Assembly (NCBI GenBank): GCA_947258875.1
Contig: CAMYKB010000001.1
Span: 120,037-184,036, forward strand
Length of the DNA: 64,000 nt
Reading direction: 5' to 3'
DNA from: an uncultured Gammaproteobacteria bacterium
GTDB lineage: Bacteria; Pseudomonadota; Gammaproteobacteria; CAMYKB01
The first letter of the stretch is position 1; each line of letters begins with the position of its first letter. A program made the translations under genes and the position numbers. Under the pieces are notes generated by a model. It did no database searches and was not told the origin of the DNA. It saw nothing but the letters and a program-made list of their open reading frames with translations. Positions 11,092-22,417 of this stretch are shown here, one piece after another.

Positions 11092-11835
11092 TTAATGTTG
11101 GTGGCCGGCGTGTTCCGGTTGTTGCACCATATCCGATTGCTGGTGATGCTGATGCGCACCCGGCGCCAACAGTGAATACAGACCAAACAGGATAATCAGT
11201 ATCCCTGCCACGCGCCGCACAGCATTGCTTCTCACGAGATTTCCCAGAGAGCGCGCAGCTGTACCCATCAATAGCAACATTGGCAAGGTACCGAGACCAA
11301 ATGCCAACATGATCGCCGCGCCCTGTAACGCATCACCCGAGGCCAGCGAAAACGCCAGCGCACTGTAAACTAATCCACAGGGCAGCCATCCCCAGAGGAG
11401 TCCTAGCAACAAAGCTTGCCACTTACTTTTGACCGGCAACAAACGCCGACCAAGTGGCTCTATACGCTTCCAGATGTGTCCGCCCGCGCGTTCCAACCAG
11501 GCCAGTACCGGTGTCCAACCCATGAGGTAGATACCCAGCGCAATCATGAAAACAGCAGTAATCCATTTACTGTAGATGCCGTAGCCTTCTGGGCCATGCG
11601 GCGGTAGCAGCAACTGCCCAAAGGCACCTGCCAGCACACCTGCCACACTATATGATGCAATGCGACCAGAATTGTAAGCCAATTGATAACCCAACATGTC
11701 CATGCGGGAACGACGCATCGTTTCAGGCAGGCTCATGGTCAAAGCACCCACGATACCGCCACACATGCCAACACAGTGCATGGAACCCAGCAGGCCTACC
11801 AGGAAAACTGAGAGCAAACTAAATTCATTAATCAT
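11092..11835 (-). CDS. cbb3-linked DsbD_2/TauE-like membrane protein with His-rich tail
   Basis: GLLGSMHCVGMCGG, YNSGRIASY, GWLPCGLVY and AFGLGTLP. Position in the cco cluster. Confidence 0.88.
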   Translation of the reverse strand: MINEFSLLSVFLVGLLGSMHCVGMCGGIVGALTMSLPETMRRSRMDMLGYQLAYNSGRIASYSVAGVLAGAFGQLLLPPHGPEGYGIYSKWITAVFMIALGIYLMGWTPVLAWLERAGGHIWKRIEPLGRRLLPVKSKWQALLLGLLWGWLPCGLVYSALAFSLASGDALQGAAIMLAFGLGTLPMLLLMGTAARSLGNLVRSNAVRRVAGILIILFGLYSLLAPGAHQHHQQSDMVQQPEHAGHQH

Positions 11836-11976
11836 TAGAAATGGGTAATAGCGAAAATGTGTGATTGATATCGAATCATGGTACTAACGCCACCCGCTCA
11901 ATCAAACATTAAAAAGTCGATGACAAGTCATGATTCCTAACAAGCCTTCCGGAAACAAACATGAGTCCCAAAGCTA

Positions 11977-12498
11977 TTACTGCGGTTGCGTATTCTCCTG
12001 CGGCGCGAGATCAAGCATCCTCGACTCCGGCAACAGGATGCGTCCCGTCAAACGCCAGAACAAGTCCTCAGGCTCGAGCAGCACATGCCAGTGGCCGGGC
12101 GCCAGAGAAGGCAAGCTTGCATGATAGGTTCCATCACCAGCGCGTCGCAGAAGAAGCGTTACGTCCTGATCCTCCAGTGTAGGGTGTGTTAGCCTCAGCC
12201 TGTATTGCTGATCAGCAAATGGTTCGGCGCTGATGTTGGCCGCAACACGATTTGCCGTAAAGTCAAACTGGAGGCGCGCCTTGGCACCCAGCCGTTGCGC
12301 TTCATCGTCTCGCTCAAGGGTGCGATTAATCGCCAGACCGTCTTTGTAATAGTCATCGGCCACCAGCCCATCGGGGGCATTTATGGCGATCACCAATGTA
12401 GCAAAACCCGCCACCACAGCCGTTCCCGGAAATGCAATCAGAAACCAGGGCCAGAATTGCCTGTACCAGGATCGGTTTGATGTTGTCTGTATTGTCAC
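11977..12498 (-). CDS. ccoH: cbb3 oxidase assembly protein CcoH/FixH
   Basis: WYRQFWPWFLI, DDYYKDGLAIN and HPT. Follows ccoG. Confidence 0.92.
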   Translation of the reverse strand: MTIQTTSNRSWYRQFWPWFLIAFPGTAVVAGFATLVIAINAPDGLVADDYYKDGLAINRTLERDDEAQRLGAKARLQFDFTANRVAANISAEPFADQQYRLRLTHPTLEDQDVTLLLRRAGDGTYHASLPSLAPGHWHVLLEPEDLFWRLTGRILLPESRMLDLAPQENTQPQ

Positions 12499-12515
12499 TG
12501 CTCCACAAACTCCGG

Positions 12516-13922
12516 TTAACGCACTGCCGCACCGATGAAGCGCGCCTCTTCTTCATGCGTGATATTCGCATCATCGGTGGCGACAAGCGTGAATTGAATA
12601 GTATTACTTGTTGCTGGAAGATCAACCGGATCGATCTGCACATATATAGGAACGTTAAGTACCTGCCCGGAACGTACTGTGAAATCACCCATGCGGTTTA
12701 TCAGCTTGATATTTTCAAGGCCACTGACTTGCAAGTGATATTGATGATCGCGCTGGTCTTTATTGATCACTTTAATGGTATAGATATTCTCTATCAATCC
12801 TTCACTGGTCTCGCGGTACAAGGCATTACGATCGCGTATTACATCTACATCGAGGGGTACGCGCTGGGTAACCGCGTACAGCAGAGCTGCCATAACCAAC
12901 AACAACATGCCACCATAGACGAACATACGCGGCCGCAAGACATGCGTCTTGGTGCCTTCGAGTGCATGCTCGGTGGTATAGCGAATCAAGCCCTTGGGGT
13001 AATCCATTTTCTCCATAACGGAGTCACACACATCAATGCAGGCGGCGCAGCCAATGCACTGATATTGCAGACCATCACGAATATCGATACCCGTGGGACA
13101 AACCTGCACACACATGCTGCAGTCTATACAGGAACCCAACCCTTTGTCCTGGTAATCGGTACCGCGTTTGCGTGAACCACGTGGTTCACCACGCTTCTCA
13201 TCATAGGAAATAATGAGCGTATCTTTATCAAACATCGCGCCTTGAAAGCGCGCATAGGGGCACATGTATATGCACACCTGTTCACGCAACCAACCCGCAT
13301 TTCCGTAGGTTGCGAAACCGTAAAATAATACCCAGAACGCCTCCCAGGGGCCTTGACTGAAATTCACAAGTTTTTGTGATAACTCGATGATGGGAGTGAA
13401 GTAACCAACAAACGTCAGTCCGGTATAAAGCGAAAATACAATCCAGATAAAATGCTTACCACCCTTGATGAACATCTTGCGGCCCGTCCATGGAGCGCGG
13501 TCAAGCTTCATCTGTCTGAGACGATCACCCTCAATCTTGCGCTCGATCCACAGAAACACTTCTGTCCATACGGTTTGCGGACAGGCAAAACCGCACCATA
13601 GGCGTCCCGCCAACGCGGTAAAGAAAAACAGTGACAGTGCGGCGATGATCAACAGTGCCGCGAGGTAGAAGAAATCCTGTGGCCAGAAAGTGATGCCGAA
13701 TAAGTGGAACTGGCGGGCGGGCAAATCCAGTAATACCGCCTGACGATCATCCCAGCGCAGCCATGGCAAGCCGTAAAAAATGCCCAGCAACACAACCACG
13801 CCCAGTGTGCGCAACCTGGCAAATATACCGTGTACTTCACGCGGGTAGATCTTGACCCGCTTCTCATAAAGCACATCTGCCATGCCGCCCTTGGGCTCAT
13901 GGAGATCAGATTTTTCAGACAT
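12516..13922 (-). CDS. ccoG: cbb3 oxidase accessory Fe-S protein CcoG/FixG
   Basis: GRLWCGFACPQTVW, CIYMCPYARFQ, CIDCSMCVQVCPTGIDIRDG and CIGCAACIDVC. Confidence 0.96.
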   Translation of the reverse strand: MSEKSDLHEPKGGMADVLYEKRVKIYPREVHGIFARLRTLGVVVLLGIFYGLPWLRWDDRQAVLLDLPARQFHLFGITFWPQDFFYLAALLIIAALSLFFFTALAGRLWCGFACPQTVWTEVFLWIERKIEGDRLRQMKLDRAPWTGRKMFIKGGKHFIWIVFSLYTGLTFVGYFTPIIELSQKLVNFSQGPWEAFWVLFYGFATYGNAGWLREQVCIYMCPYARFQGAMFDKDTLIISYDEKRGEPRGSRKRGTDYQDKGLGSCIDCSMCVQVCPTGIDIRDGLQYQCIGCAACIDVCDSVMEKMDYPKGLIRYTTEHALEGTKTHVLRPRMFVYGGMLLLVMAALLYAVTQRVPLDVDVIRDRNALYRETSEGLIENIYTIKVINKDQRDHQYHLQVSGLENIKLINRMGDFTVRSGQVLNVPIYVQIDPVDLPATSNTIQFTLVATDDANITHEEEARFIGAAVR

Positions 13923-13937
13923 ATTTAAGAGGGTTTG

Positions 13938-14228
13938 TTAAGAGCCGTTTGCTCGATTTGTCAATTCACAGGGCCGTTGAAAATAGCAGGTCAACACCGA
14001 TGTTAGGGTTGTCAACAGCCACAACGAAAAGAAGCCTACGGTGTAAGCCCCAAGGCGGGAGATTTGAGGACCGCCGACACAGGCGGAAATCTCCTGAGGA
14101 TCGAACAGTGTAAAGGTAATGATGGTCGCAACACCCGATGTCAGAAATGCAGGCCATAATATCGCGATGACTCGCTGTATTACGGGGGTTGGTTTGGCAA
14201 CGGGTTTGCTCGCCTCTACACTGCTCAT
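13938..14228 (-). CDS. Small two-TM membrane protein between ccoP and ccoG
   Basis: ILWPAFL...FDP...YTVGFF. Co-oriented in the operon with an RBS. Confidence 0.75.
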   Translation of the reverse strand: MSSVEASKPVAKPTPVIQRVIAILWPAFLTSGVATIITFTLFDPQEISACVGGPQISRLGAYTVGFFSLWLLTTLTSVLTCYFQRPCELTNRANGS

Positions 14229-14273
14229 ATACCCCAGATGATACCCTAAAAATCCCCCCAGGCAATGAGTTCC

Positions 14274-15182
14274 TTAATCTTTACTTGCCGACAGGCTGTA
14301 CACATAGGCCGCCACGATATGTACCTTGTCTTCACCTAAAAATTCCTTATGCGCCGGCATCACTCCATTGCGGCCTTCACGGATTGTCTGCTTGATAGAG
14401 CCGGGTGAAGCGCCGTAGAGCCAGATATTGTCACTCAGGCGGGGCGCGCCGATCGCCTGGTTACCACCAGCATCCGGCATGTGGCAACCCGAGCACATGG
14501 CCTGAAACTTGGGCTTGCCTGCTTCTGCCAGCACCGGGTCACTATCGCGCCCGCTGAGTGATAACACATAAGCTGCCACCTGCTCGACACCATCATCTGC
14601 CAGCGCTGCACCAAAGGACGGCATAATGCCCTTACGCCCATTCATAATACTGGCCTTTATATTTTCCGGCGCACCACCATATAGCCAGTCGTTATCGGTC
14701 AGATTGGGGAATCCCCTGGCGCCGCCGGCATCGGATCCGTGGCAGGTGGCGCAGTAGTTAAGAAAGAGACGCCGGCCGACAGCAAGGCCCTTCTCGTTTG
14801 CAATCAGTTCTTCGAAGCCCATGCCGGCGTATGCCTTGAAATATGGCCCGTACCGATCCTCGGCGCGCCTCACTTCCTTTTCATATTGGGTGGTCTGTCC
14901 CCAGCCCAGGATACCGGCATAACTGCCCAAACCCGGATAGAGCACCAGATAGATCACACCGAAGACCATCGTAATGTAGAACATGTTCAGCCACCAGCGC
15001 GGCAGCGGATTATTCAACTCAGCGAGGTCGCCGTCCCAGACGTGCCCCATGGTTTTGATCTGCTTTCCCTCCGGCTTCTTGCCACGCGACAGCCATTGGA
15101 TCAGCAGGTAACAACCTAGAATACCGCCCAGGGTCGTGATGATAATAAACCAGCTCCAGAAACTGCTCGTGAAATCAGCCAT
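14274..15182 (-). CDS. ccoP: cbb3-type cytochrome c oxidase subunit III
   Basis: GHVWDGDLAELNNPLPRWW and two hemes (CATCH, CSGCH). Confidence 0.97.
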   Translation of the reverse strand: MADFTSSFWSWFIIITTLGGILGCYLLIQWLSRGKKPEGKQIKTMGHVWDGDLAELNNPLPRWWLNMFYITMVFGVIYLVLYPGLGSYAGILGWGQTTQYEKEVRRAEDRYGPYFKAYAGMGFEELIANEKGLAVGRRLFLNYCATCHGSDAGGARGFPNLTDNDWLYGGAPENIKASIMNGRKGIMPSFGAALADDGVEQVAAYVLSLSGRDSDPVLAEAGKPKFQAMCSGCHMPDAGGNQAIGAPRLSDNIWLYGASPGSIKQTIREGRNGVMPAHKEFLGEDKVHIVAAYVYSLSASKD

Positions 15183-15351
15183 GGCGCTTACCCTCTTGCT
15201 GCGAAACTACCGAATCATCATCATCCAGCGGGGTACGTGCAGCTTCGTCAAATGACTGTTTGCGTTTACCACTCCATGCCCAGGAAACGATCACTATAAA
15301 TGCAATTAATACCAGTACGGTCCAGATTGAATGAACGAGATTGTAATCCAT
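15175..15351 (-). CDS. ccoQ: cbb3-type oxidase subunit CcoQ (58 aa, absent from the ORF track)
   Basis: Manual translation MDYNLVHSIWTVLVLIAFIVIVSWAWSGKRKQSFDEAARTPLDDDDSVVSQQEGKRHG*. Lies between ccoO and ccoP and overlaps the ccoP start. Confidence 0.93.
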   Translation of the reverse strand: MDYNLVHSIWTVLVLIAFIVIVSWAWSGKRKQSFDEAARTPLDDDDSVVSQQEGKRHG

Positions 15352-15354
15352 AGC

Positions 15355-15969
15355 TCACCTACGCTTTTTAATCGTGGTGCCGAGGTTCTGCAGATAGGCG
15401 ATCACCGCATCAAGCTCGGTTTTGTCTGCCAGCATCTGTGGCGCATTGTCGATCTCTTCATCGCTGTAGGGATGTCCCAGCTTGCGTAATACGCGCATCT
15501 TTTTCTGGATAACGCCGGCATCGGCAGGGGTTGTCGCCAACCAGGGATAGCCGGGCATAATCGATTCTGGTACCACATCACGCGGATTAATAAGATGAAC
15601 CCGATGCCACTCATCACTGTAACGGCCACCCACACGATGCAGATCAGGTCCAGTACGCTTGGAGCCCCATTGGAAGGGACGGTCGTAGACAAACTCACCA
15701 GCAACAGAATAATGACCATAACGCTCGGTCTCCGCACGGAACGGACGAATCATCTGCGAGTGACACACATAACAACCTTCGCGCACATAAATATCACGTC
15801 CAGTGAGCTGCAAACTATTATAAGGCTTAAGCCCCTCCACTGGTTCTGTGGTGGAATGCATGAAGAACAAAGGCACAATTTCAGTAAGCCCGCCTATGCT
15901 GACGACCAATACAACCATGATCATCATGAGACCGATGTTCTTTTCTACTTTTTCATGTCCTTTAGGCAT
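15355..15969 (-). CDS. ccoO: cbb3-type cytochrome c oxidase subunit II
   Basis: [20 protein letters not shown] and [10 protein letters not shown]. Confidence 0.98.
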   Translation of the reverse strand: MPKGHEKVEKNIGLMMIMVVLVVSIGGLTEIVPLFFMHSTTEPVEGLKPYNSLQLTGRDIYVREGCYVCHSQMIRPFRAETERYGHYSVAGEFVYDRPFQWGSKRTGPDLHRVGGRYSDEWHRVHLINPRDVVPESIMPGYPWLATTPADAGVIQKKMRVLRKLGHPYSDEEIDNAPQMLADKTELDAVIAYLQNLGTTIKKRR

Positions 15970-15980
15970 GCCTCAACTCC

Positions 15981-17402
15981 TCAATGCGCCGCTGCCGGCA
16001 AGGGGATGGGCGCCTCAACTGCACGCGCTCCCGCTACCGTCTTCCACAGGTTATAAGCCATGATCAAAGCACCTACCAGGAATAACGTACCACCCAGCCA
16101 CCTGACGATGTAGAACGGGTGCATGGCTTGCACCGACTCAACAAAGCTGTATGTCAGGGTGCCGTCAGTATTCACGGCACGCCACATCAATCCCTGCATA
16201 ATGCCGGATACCCACATCGACGCGATGTATAACACGATACCAATAGTTGCAATCCAAAAATGCGTTTCCACCAACCTCAGGCTGTACAACTCACGCCCGT
16301 AAAGACGTGGGATCAGGTAGTACATCGAGCCCATCGAAATCAATGCCACCCAACCGAGCGCACCGGAATGCACATGGCCAATGGTCCAGTCAGTGTAGTG
16401 CGACAGCGAATTGACGGTCTTGATCGCCATCATTGGACCTTCGAAGGTCGACATACCATAGAACGAAATAGACACAATCAGGAACCGCAACACGGGATCA
16501 GTACGCAACTTTTCCCAGGCACCCGACAAGGTCATGATACCGTTGATCATGCCGCCCCAGGACGGCGCCAACAGGATCAATGACATCACCATGCCCAGCG
16601 ATTGCGCCCAATCAGGCAATGCAGTGTAGTGCAGGTGATGCGGGCCGGCCCAGATATAGACAAAGATCAATGCCCAGAAGTGAACAATCGATAGCCGATA
16701 GGAATACACCGGACGATTGGCCTGTTTGGGAACAAAGTAGTACATCATCCCCAAAAAGCCTGCTGTCAAAAAGAAACCCACCGCATTATGCCCGTACCAC
16801 CACTGCACCATGGCATCCTGGACCCCTGCGTAGGCCGAATAGGATTTCAGCAAACCCACCGGTAGAGCGGCGCTGTTGAAGATGTGCAATAGCGCCACGG
16901 TAATTATGAATGCACCATAAAACCAATTGGCTACATAGACGTGTGGGATTTTGCGCTTAACGATGGTACCGAAGAAAACGAAGGCATAGGCAACCCATAC
17001 CAGGGTGATGAGGATATCGATCGGCCACTCGAGTTCAGCGTATTCCTTACTGCTGGTAATGCCCAATGGCAGAGTAATAGCCGCCAGCACAATCACGAGC
17101 TGCCAGCCCCAGAAAGTGAATGCCGCCAGCTTGTCGGAAATCAGCCTTACATGACATGTGCGCTGCACCACGTAATACGAGGTCGCAAACAGGGCAGAGC
17201 CACCGAATGCAAATATCACTGCATTGGTATGCAGTGGTCGCAAGCGACCAAAGGTCAGCCATGGAATATCGAAATTCAGCACCGGCCAGGCGAGTTGGGC
17301 TGCTATCAAGACGCCGACACTCATGCCGACGATACCCCACACAATGGTCATTACAGCAAACTGCCGCACTACCTTGTAGTTATAGGTCGTGTGTTCAGAC
17401 AT
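15981..17402 (-). CDS. ccoN: cbb3-type cytochrome c oxidase subunit I
   Basis: [32 protein letters not shown] and [13 protein letters not shown]. Confidence 0.98.
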   Translation of the reverse strand: MSEHTTYNYKVVRQFAVMTIVWGIVGMSVGVLIAAQLAWPVLNFDIPWLTFGRLRPLHTNAVIFAFGGSALFATSYYVVQRTCHVRLISDKLAAFTFWGWQLVIVLAAITLPLGITSSKEYAELEWPIDILITLVWVAYAFVFFGTIVKRKIPHVYVANWFYGAFIITVALLHIFNSAALPVGLLKSYSAYAGVQDAMVQWWYGHNAVGFFLTAGFLGMMYYFVPKQANRPVYSYRLSIVHFWALIFVYIWAGPHHLHYTALPDWAQSLGMVMSLILLAPSWGGMINGIMTLSGAWEKLRTDPVLRFLIVSISFYGMSTFEGPMMAIKTVNSLSHYTDWTIGHVHSGALGWVALISMGSMYYLIPRLYGRELYSLRLVETHFWIATIGIVLYIASMWVSGIMQGLMWRAVNTDGTLTYSFVESVQAMHPFYIVRWLGGTLFLVGALIMAYNLWKTVAGARAVEAPIPLPAAAH

Positions 17403-17440
17403 TAAATAAACTCCTAACCGGGAGATAATTCACTTGGATG

Positions 17441-18043
17441 TTAATCAGTAAATGCAGGCGAGATACCCATTCCCCACAGGATGACGGTTGCGGCCAGCAT
17501 GGCCACCAGAAACACCAGCCCGACCGCAAGCACCGCACTGGAGAACAGAAAACCGCGATCCTCTGACACCTCCATCATGATGGGAACGCCGGTGAAGAGC
17601 AGATAGACCGTGAATGCCAGCGCAGGCAACCCGAGGATCATGTTTAACCACAGTATGGGATAGAGCTGGAAGATCCCAATCAGGAAGAGTGGTGTAGCGG
17701 TATACGCCGCCAGCACCACCGCTTGCGACAACGGCTGTTCCGCGCCGTAGGTCTTGCCCATCCAGCGGATCATGGCACCGAGGGAAATCACGCCGATCAG
17801 CATAGTAATGTAATAAAGAATGGCTATCGTCAAGCCACTGGCAAAAGTCAGTTTGATGGGCTCACCAGCGCCGATACGCCAACCAATCTGGGTAGTACCG
17901 ATAAACCCTGCGATTGCCGGAATCGCTGCCAGAAACAGTGTGTGTGAGCAGTAACACCTACCCACGGAACACTTCTCCTTATGAATTTCCGCCCACTCCC
18001 TTTTGGGATCGCTGAACAACCCCAGTATATGTTTTATTACCAT
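17441..18043 (-). CDS. Yip1/YohC (DUF1282)-family inner-membrane protein
   Basis: HILGLFSDPKREW, GTTQIGWRIG, YTATPLFL and YLLFTGVPIMM. Confidence 0.88.
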   Translation of the reverse strand: MVIKHILGLFSDPKREWAEIHKEKCSVGRCYCSHTLFLAAIPAIAGFIGTTQIGWRIGAGEPIKLTFASGLTIAILYYITMLIGVISLGAMIRWMGKTYGAEQPLSQAVVLAAYTATPLFLIGIFQLYPILWLNMILGLPALAFTVYLLFTGVPIMMEVSEDRGFLFSSAVLAVGLVFLVAMLAATVILWGMGISPAFTD

Positions 18044-18154
18044 ATTTTTCTTCTATATCAATGGATTGGAAAAAACCACAGCCCTTGCAACACAAACCGT
18101 GGCACTCTAAATGAATAGCTCGGCACACCATATGCCATGCCATGCATTGAAATC

Positions 18155-18168
18155 TTAATCTGTATCAA
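18155..18168. promoter_or_regulatory. FNR-type box upstream of yip1-ccoNOQP
   Basis: TTAAT-CTGT-ATCAA, 1 mismatch, in the AT-rich intergenic region. cco operons are established FNR/Anr targets. Confidence 0.65.
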
Positions 18169-18305
18169 TTTGCATCGCAGCTAAACGCCACCGAAACATG
18201 GGGGTAAATATATTAATATATTTTAATATTCTTATTCGATAAAAATAACCCCTCATGTAATCAAACCTACTGATATCCCTATCACTTGAAGCAATGGCAA
18301 AGCAA

Positions 18306-19712
18306 CTAGATAACCTTGGAATACCCAGCTGGCTGTGATTTCTCACGCAGATATCGATCAAAGACCATACAAATATTGCGAATCAGAAAACGACCTGCCG
18401 GCAGGACAGTGATGCCGTTTTCCCCAAGCTGCAGCAAACCATCGCCCTGCATCGATTTAAGTTCGTTTAACTCGTCCGCAAAATACACCTTGAAGTCTAT
18501 CTGGTGGCTGTGTTCGATCCGTGCAAAATCCAGCTCAAAATGGCAGATCAACTGGTTGATCACATCACGTCGTAAGTGGTCGTCTGCATTCACTACAACA
18601 CCGCGCATCACGGGCATCTGTCCGGAATCCAACGCCGCATAATAGCCCGGCAGGTCCTTCAGGTTCTGACTGTAGCAATCACCGACACTACTGATCGAGC
18701 TGACGCCCAGACCCACCAGGTCACACTCACCGTGTGTAGTGTAACCCTGAAAATTGCGGTGCAGGACACCTTCGCTCTGAGCTTTCGCCAGTTCATCAGC
18801 GGGCTTCGCAAAATGGTCCATTCCTATATATGCGTAGCCTGCCGCGGTTAACTGAGCAACAGATTGTTGCAAAATTTCAAGTTTTTCCGCTGGTGATGGC
18901 AATTCATCTGCATCGATACGCCGTTGCGGTTTGAACATCGTAGGGAGATGCGCATAGTTAAACAAAGACAGTCGATCAGGGCTCATGGCGATGACCGTAT
19001 CCAGCGTCTTTGCAAAACCAGGGGGATTTTGTAGTGGCAGGCCGTAAATCAAATCGATACTGACAGAGTGGAAAGCGTTATTCCTGGCGGCTTTTATAAT
19101 TTCATTAACTTGTTGCTCTGACTGTATGCGGTTAACCGCCTTTTGTACTTGCGGATCAAAATCCTGCACACCGATGCTGATACGATTAAAACCGAGCGAG
19201 TTCAATAAGGGAATTGATTCCGCAGTCACGGTACGAGGATCAACTTCGATCGAACATTCCAATGCATCACCTTCTGCCAGATTGAAATGTTGGCGCGTGA
19301 CCTGCATCAGTTCAGTCATCTGCGCATTGTTCAGGAAGTTAGGGGTACCGCCTCCCCAATGAAGCTGCACAACCTGTCGTTGTTTCCCTAAGAGCGTAGC
19401 CTGATACTCAATCTCACGGCTGAGATAGCGCAGATATTCATCCGCTTTACTGCGATCCTTGGTAATGACCTTGTTACACGCGCAGTAGTAGCAAATGGTC
19501 GAGCAAAAAGGAATATGGAAATAAAGTGACAACGGCCGCGGACTTAGTTCATTATTACCTTGGATGGCACAGGCTTTATACTCCGCTTCACCAAACTCTG
19601 TCGTAAACTCCGCCGCTGTAGGATAAGAGGTATAGCGTGGACCTGTGGTATCGTAACGCCGGATAAGATCCGCATTAAAGGTAATTGGGTGATTTTCCAT
19701 AGCAGCACTCAT
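18306..19712 (-). CDS. hemN: Oxygen-independent coproporphyrinogen III oxidase (radical SAM)
   Basis: GPRYTSYPTA, HIPFCSTICYYCACN, HWGGGTP, IGMDHFA and RNFQGY. Confidence 0.97.
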   Translation of the reverse strand: MSAAMENHPITFNADLIRRYDTTGPRYTSYPTAAEFTTEFGEAEYKACAIQGNNELSPRPLSLYFHIPFCSTICYYCACNKVITKDRSKADEYLRYLSREIEYQATLLGKQRQVVQLHWGGGTPNFLNNAQMTELMQVTRQHFNLAEGDALECSIEVDPRTVTAESIPLLNSLGFNRISIGVQDFDPQVQKAVNRIQSEQQVNEIIKAARNNAFHSVSIDLIYGLPLQNPPGFAKTLDTVIAMSPDRLSLFNYAHLPTMFKPQRRIDADELPSPAEKLEILQQSVAQLTAAGYAYIGMDHFAKPADELAKAQSEGVLHRNFQGYTTHGECDLVGLGVSSISSVGDCYSQNLKDLPGYYAALDSGQMPVMRGVVVNADDHLRRDVINQLICHFELDFARIEHSHQIDFKVYFADELNELKSMQGDGLLQLGENGITVLPAGRFLIRNICMVFDRYLREKSQPAGYSKVI

Positions 19713-19754
19713 TTTTTCAATAATATCAATTTAGATGGGTCAGCAGAGACACCG

Positions 19755-19768
19755 TTGATCTGAGTCAA
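19755..19768. promoter_or_regulatory. FNR-type box in the hemN/ccoI divergent promoter
   Basis: TTGAT-CTGA-GTCAA, about 43 bp upstream of the hemN start. Confidence 0.75.
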
Positions 19769-19933
19769 TGAACACCCGATTGAATCCGAGCCTTGCAGCA
19801 AGCGGAGGCACCTCAGAATACTACCTAATACGCTCCACAGCATTCCGATTTTAAGGTAAAGTGATCTTATAGTGCACACCCGTATTACTGCAACCCCAAG
19901 CCCTGGTTATCATGCCCGGGACACTCATCCGAG

Positions 19934-22414
19934 ATGAACGCCCTTTCCAGCACCACAGATAATCACACGCCCCCCCTTGACTGCTTTCACTGCGGCCTGC
20001 CAGTTCCCAGGGGCTTTGATGCCAATGTGAGCATCCTTGGCGAAGCACGCCCCATGTGTTGCCACGGATGTAAGGCAGTGGCCAGCGCGATTGTCGACAA
20101 CGGACTGGAAAATTTTTATAAACATCGAACCAAAGCCCCCGAGCGTCCGCAAGATATTGTGCCTGAATTCCTGCAGCAGGCCAGGATATTTGATCATCCC
20201 ACGATACAAAAAAGCTTTGTGCGCAAACTCGACGAGGATATGCTGGAAGCCACGTTACTACTGGAAGGCATAACCTGCGCGGCCTGTGTCTGGCTGAACG
20301 AACACCATATTGCCAACTTGCCAGGGGTGCGCGATGTGCAAATTAATTACGCCACCCGCCGCGCCATGGTGAGTTGGAATAATAATACAATACAACTTAG
20401 CGATATTATCAAGGCAATTGCCGATATCGGTTATCGTGCACACCCTTATGAGCCCAGCCGCCAGCGTGAGCTCTTCGAAAAGGAACGCAAACAACACCTA
20501 TATCGACTGGGTTTAGCCGGGTTACTCGGCATGCAAGTCATGATGATTGCTGTCGCACTCTATGGTGGTGACTGGTGGGGGATGCAGGAAAAGTTTCGCA
20601 GCTTTTTCTACTGGGTGAGTCTGATACTAACTCTGCCGGTAGTGTTGTACTCAGCACAACCGTTTTTTAAATCGGCCTGGCGCGATCTTAAACAGCGACG
20701 CACCGGCATGGACCTGCCGGTTTCGCTTGGTATCCTGGCAGCCTTTACGGCCAGCATCTGGACGACTCTAACTGGTGATGGGCATGTATATTATGACTCG
20801 GTCGTGATGTTCGTATTTTTTCTGTCAGTGACACGTTACCTGGAGTTTATCAGTCGCAGGAAATCATTATTGGCAATTGATACCCTGGTACAGGTTACGC
20901 CTTCTTCGGCGACACGCATCAACCAGGATTCATCGAATACTCACGACACCATACCCGTTGCAGAACTGGTTCCTGACGATCTGGTATTGGTCCGCCCCGG
21001 GGAAACCGTACCTGCAGACGGCGTCATTATCGAGGGTAATTCAGGTATCGATGAATCATTGTTGACAGGCGAGAGCCAACCGCTCCACAAACAAGCCGGC
21101 GATCAACTGATCGGGGGCAGCATCAATATTGAAAGTCCCGTGACGCTACGTATCGAAAAGGTCGGCGAAGATACCGTATTGTCACACATGCGTCGCTTGC
21201 TCGAACGCGCCCAGTATGAAAAGCCTGCGCTTACGCGGCTCGCCGACCGCATTGCCGGTAAATTCATTTTTACAATCCTGATACTCGCCAGTCTGGTGGC
21301 GATATTCTGGTGGCAACATGACCCACAACGTTGGTTCTCCATAACCCTTGCGGTTCTCGTTGCCACCTGTCCCTGCGCACTATCACTGGCGATACCCGCA
21401 GCTACTGCGGCCGCCACCACGGCGTTGACGCGCCTGGGACTTATGACGGCACGCGCTAACGCCCTTGAGACATTGGCGCGCATTACTCATATCGTGTTCG
21501 ACAAAACCGGCACCTTGACCCAAGGTCACATCACACTCAATGACAGCAAAATATTTTCATCATTGAGCAAACAGCAGGCACTGGAATATGCTGCGGCCCT
21601 GGAACAACGCTCTGAACACCCGATTGCTAAAGCATTCCTGGCTGCCGCCGGTAATAATGGATTAAAGGCTGAGGCTATCGTCAACACCCCGGGACATGGC
21701 GTCACAGGACAGATAAAGGGCAGGACTTTCGTCCTGGGAAGCCCTTCCCATGTTCTGCAACATTGCAGCATCAAACCCTCGGTGACACTCGATCAGGTGC
21801 TATCCGGCACAGATACGACCGTGCTACTCGCTGAGCCCGGGCAACTACATGCCGCCTTTCTATTGAGCGATAAATTACGTGACTATGCAGACAAGCTCAT
21901 TGCTATCCTGCAACAATCGGGAATTAATGTGTTGTTGTACAGCGGAGACCGTGACGAAACCACACAGCATATCGGTGAGCAACTTGAGATCACTGACAAT
22001 GCCTATGGAGGCATGACACCATCTGATAAGTTATCCCATATGCGTGTGTTGCAAGAAAACGGCGGTATCGTTGCTATGGTTGGCGACGGCATCAACGACG
22101 CGCCTGTGCTGGCGGGCGCTGACGTGTCTATTGCCATGGGTAACGGTACACACCTGGCGCTCACCAGCGCCGACCTGATCTTGCTAAACGATCAACTACC
22201 GAATATACATCGGGCCCTGCAAATCGCGCGTAAAACGCGGCGCATCGTTCGTCAAAATATCGGCTGGGCAATCGGTTATAATTTGCTCATCCTGCCTGCC
22301 GCAGCAACAGGCCTGATCGCCCCATGGATGGCCGCAATCGGCATGTCATTGAGCTCCTTACTGGTTGTCGCTAACGCCCTGAGACTCAACAACACCCACC
22401 TTCAACAGGTTTAA
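19934..22414 (+). CDS. ccoI: Copper-translocating P1B-type ATPase CcoI/FixI
   Basis: CFHCG...CCHGC N-terminal domain, CAAC HMA, TGES, CPC, DKTGT and GDGIND. Followed by ccoS. Confidence 0.95.
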   Translation: MNALSSTTDNHTPPLDCFHCGLPVPRGFDANVSILGEARPMCCHGCKAVASAIVDNGLENFYKHRTKAPERPQDIVPEFLQQARIFDHPTIQKSFVRKLDEDMLEATLLLEGITCAACVWLNEHHIANLPGVRDVQINYATRRAMVSWNNNTIQLSDIIKAIADIGYRAHPYEPSRQRELFEKERKQHLYRLGLAGLLGMQVMMIAVALYGGDWWGMQEKFRSFFYWVSLILTLPVVLYSAQPFFKSAWRDLKQRRTGMDLPVSLGILAAFTASIWTTLTGDGHVYYDSVVMFVFFLSVTRYLEFISRRKSLLAIDTLVQVTPSSATRINQDSSNTHDTIPVAELVPDDLVLVRPGETVPADGVIIEGNSGIDESLLTGESQPLHKQAGDQLIGGSINIESPVTLRIEKVGEDTVLSHMRRLLERAQYEKPALTRLADRIAGKFIFTILILASLVAIFWWQHDPQRWFSITLAVLVATCPCALSLAIPAATAAATTALTRLGLMTARANALETLARITHIVFDKTGTLTQGHITLNDSKIFSSLSKQQALEYAAALEQRSEHPIAKAFLAAAGNNGLKAEAIVNTPGHGVTGQIKGRTFVLGSPSHVLQHCSIKPSVTLDQVLSGTDTTVLLAEPGQLHAAFLLSDKLRDYADKLIAILQQSGINVLLYSGDRDETTQHIGEQLEITDNAYGGMTPSDKLSHMRVLQENGGIVAMVGDGINDAPVLAGADVSIAMGNGTHLALTSADLILLNDQLPNIHRALQIARKTRRIVRQNIGWAIGYNLLILPAAATGLIAPWMAAIGMSLSSLLVVANALRLNNTHLQQV

Positions 22415-22417
22415 ACA

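Noticed and set aside
11866-11880. FNR box upstream of the DsbD_2 gene (TTGATATCGAATCAT)
   Set aside because: Spacing and right half-site do not fit TTGAT-N4-ATCAA.
18121-18140. Sigma-54 promoter-like TGGCAT-N5-GTGC on the minus strand
   Set aside because: Poor -12 match, and an FNR box next to it explains the region more simply.
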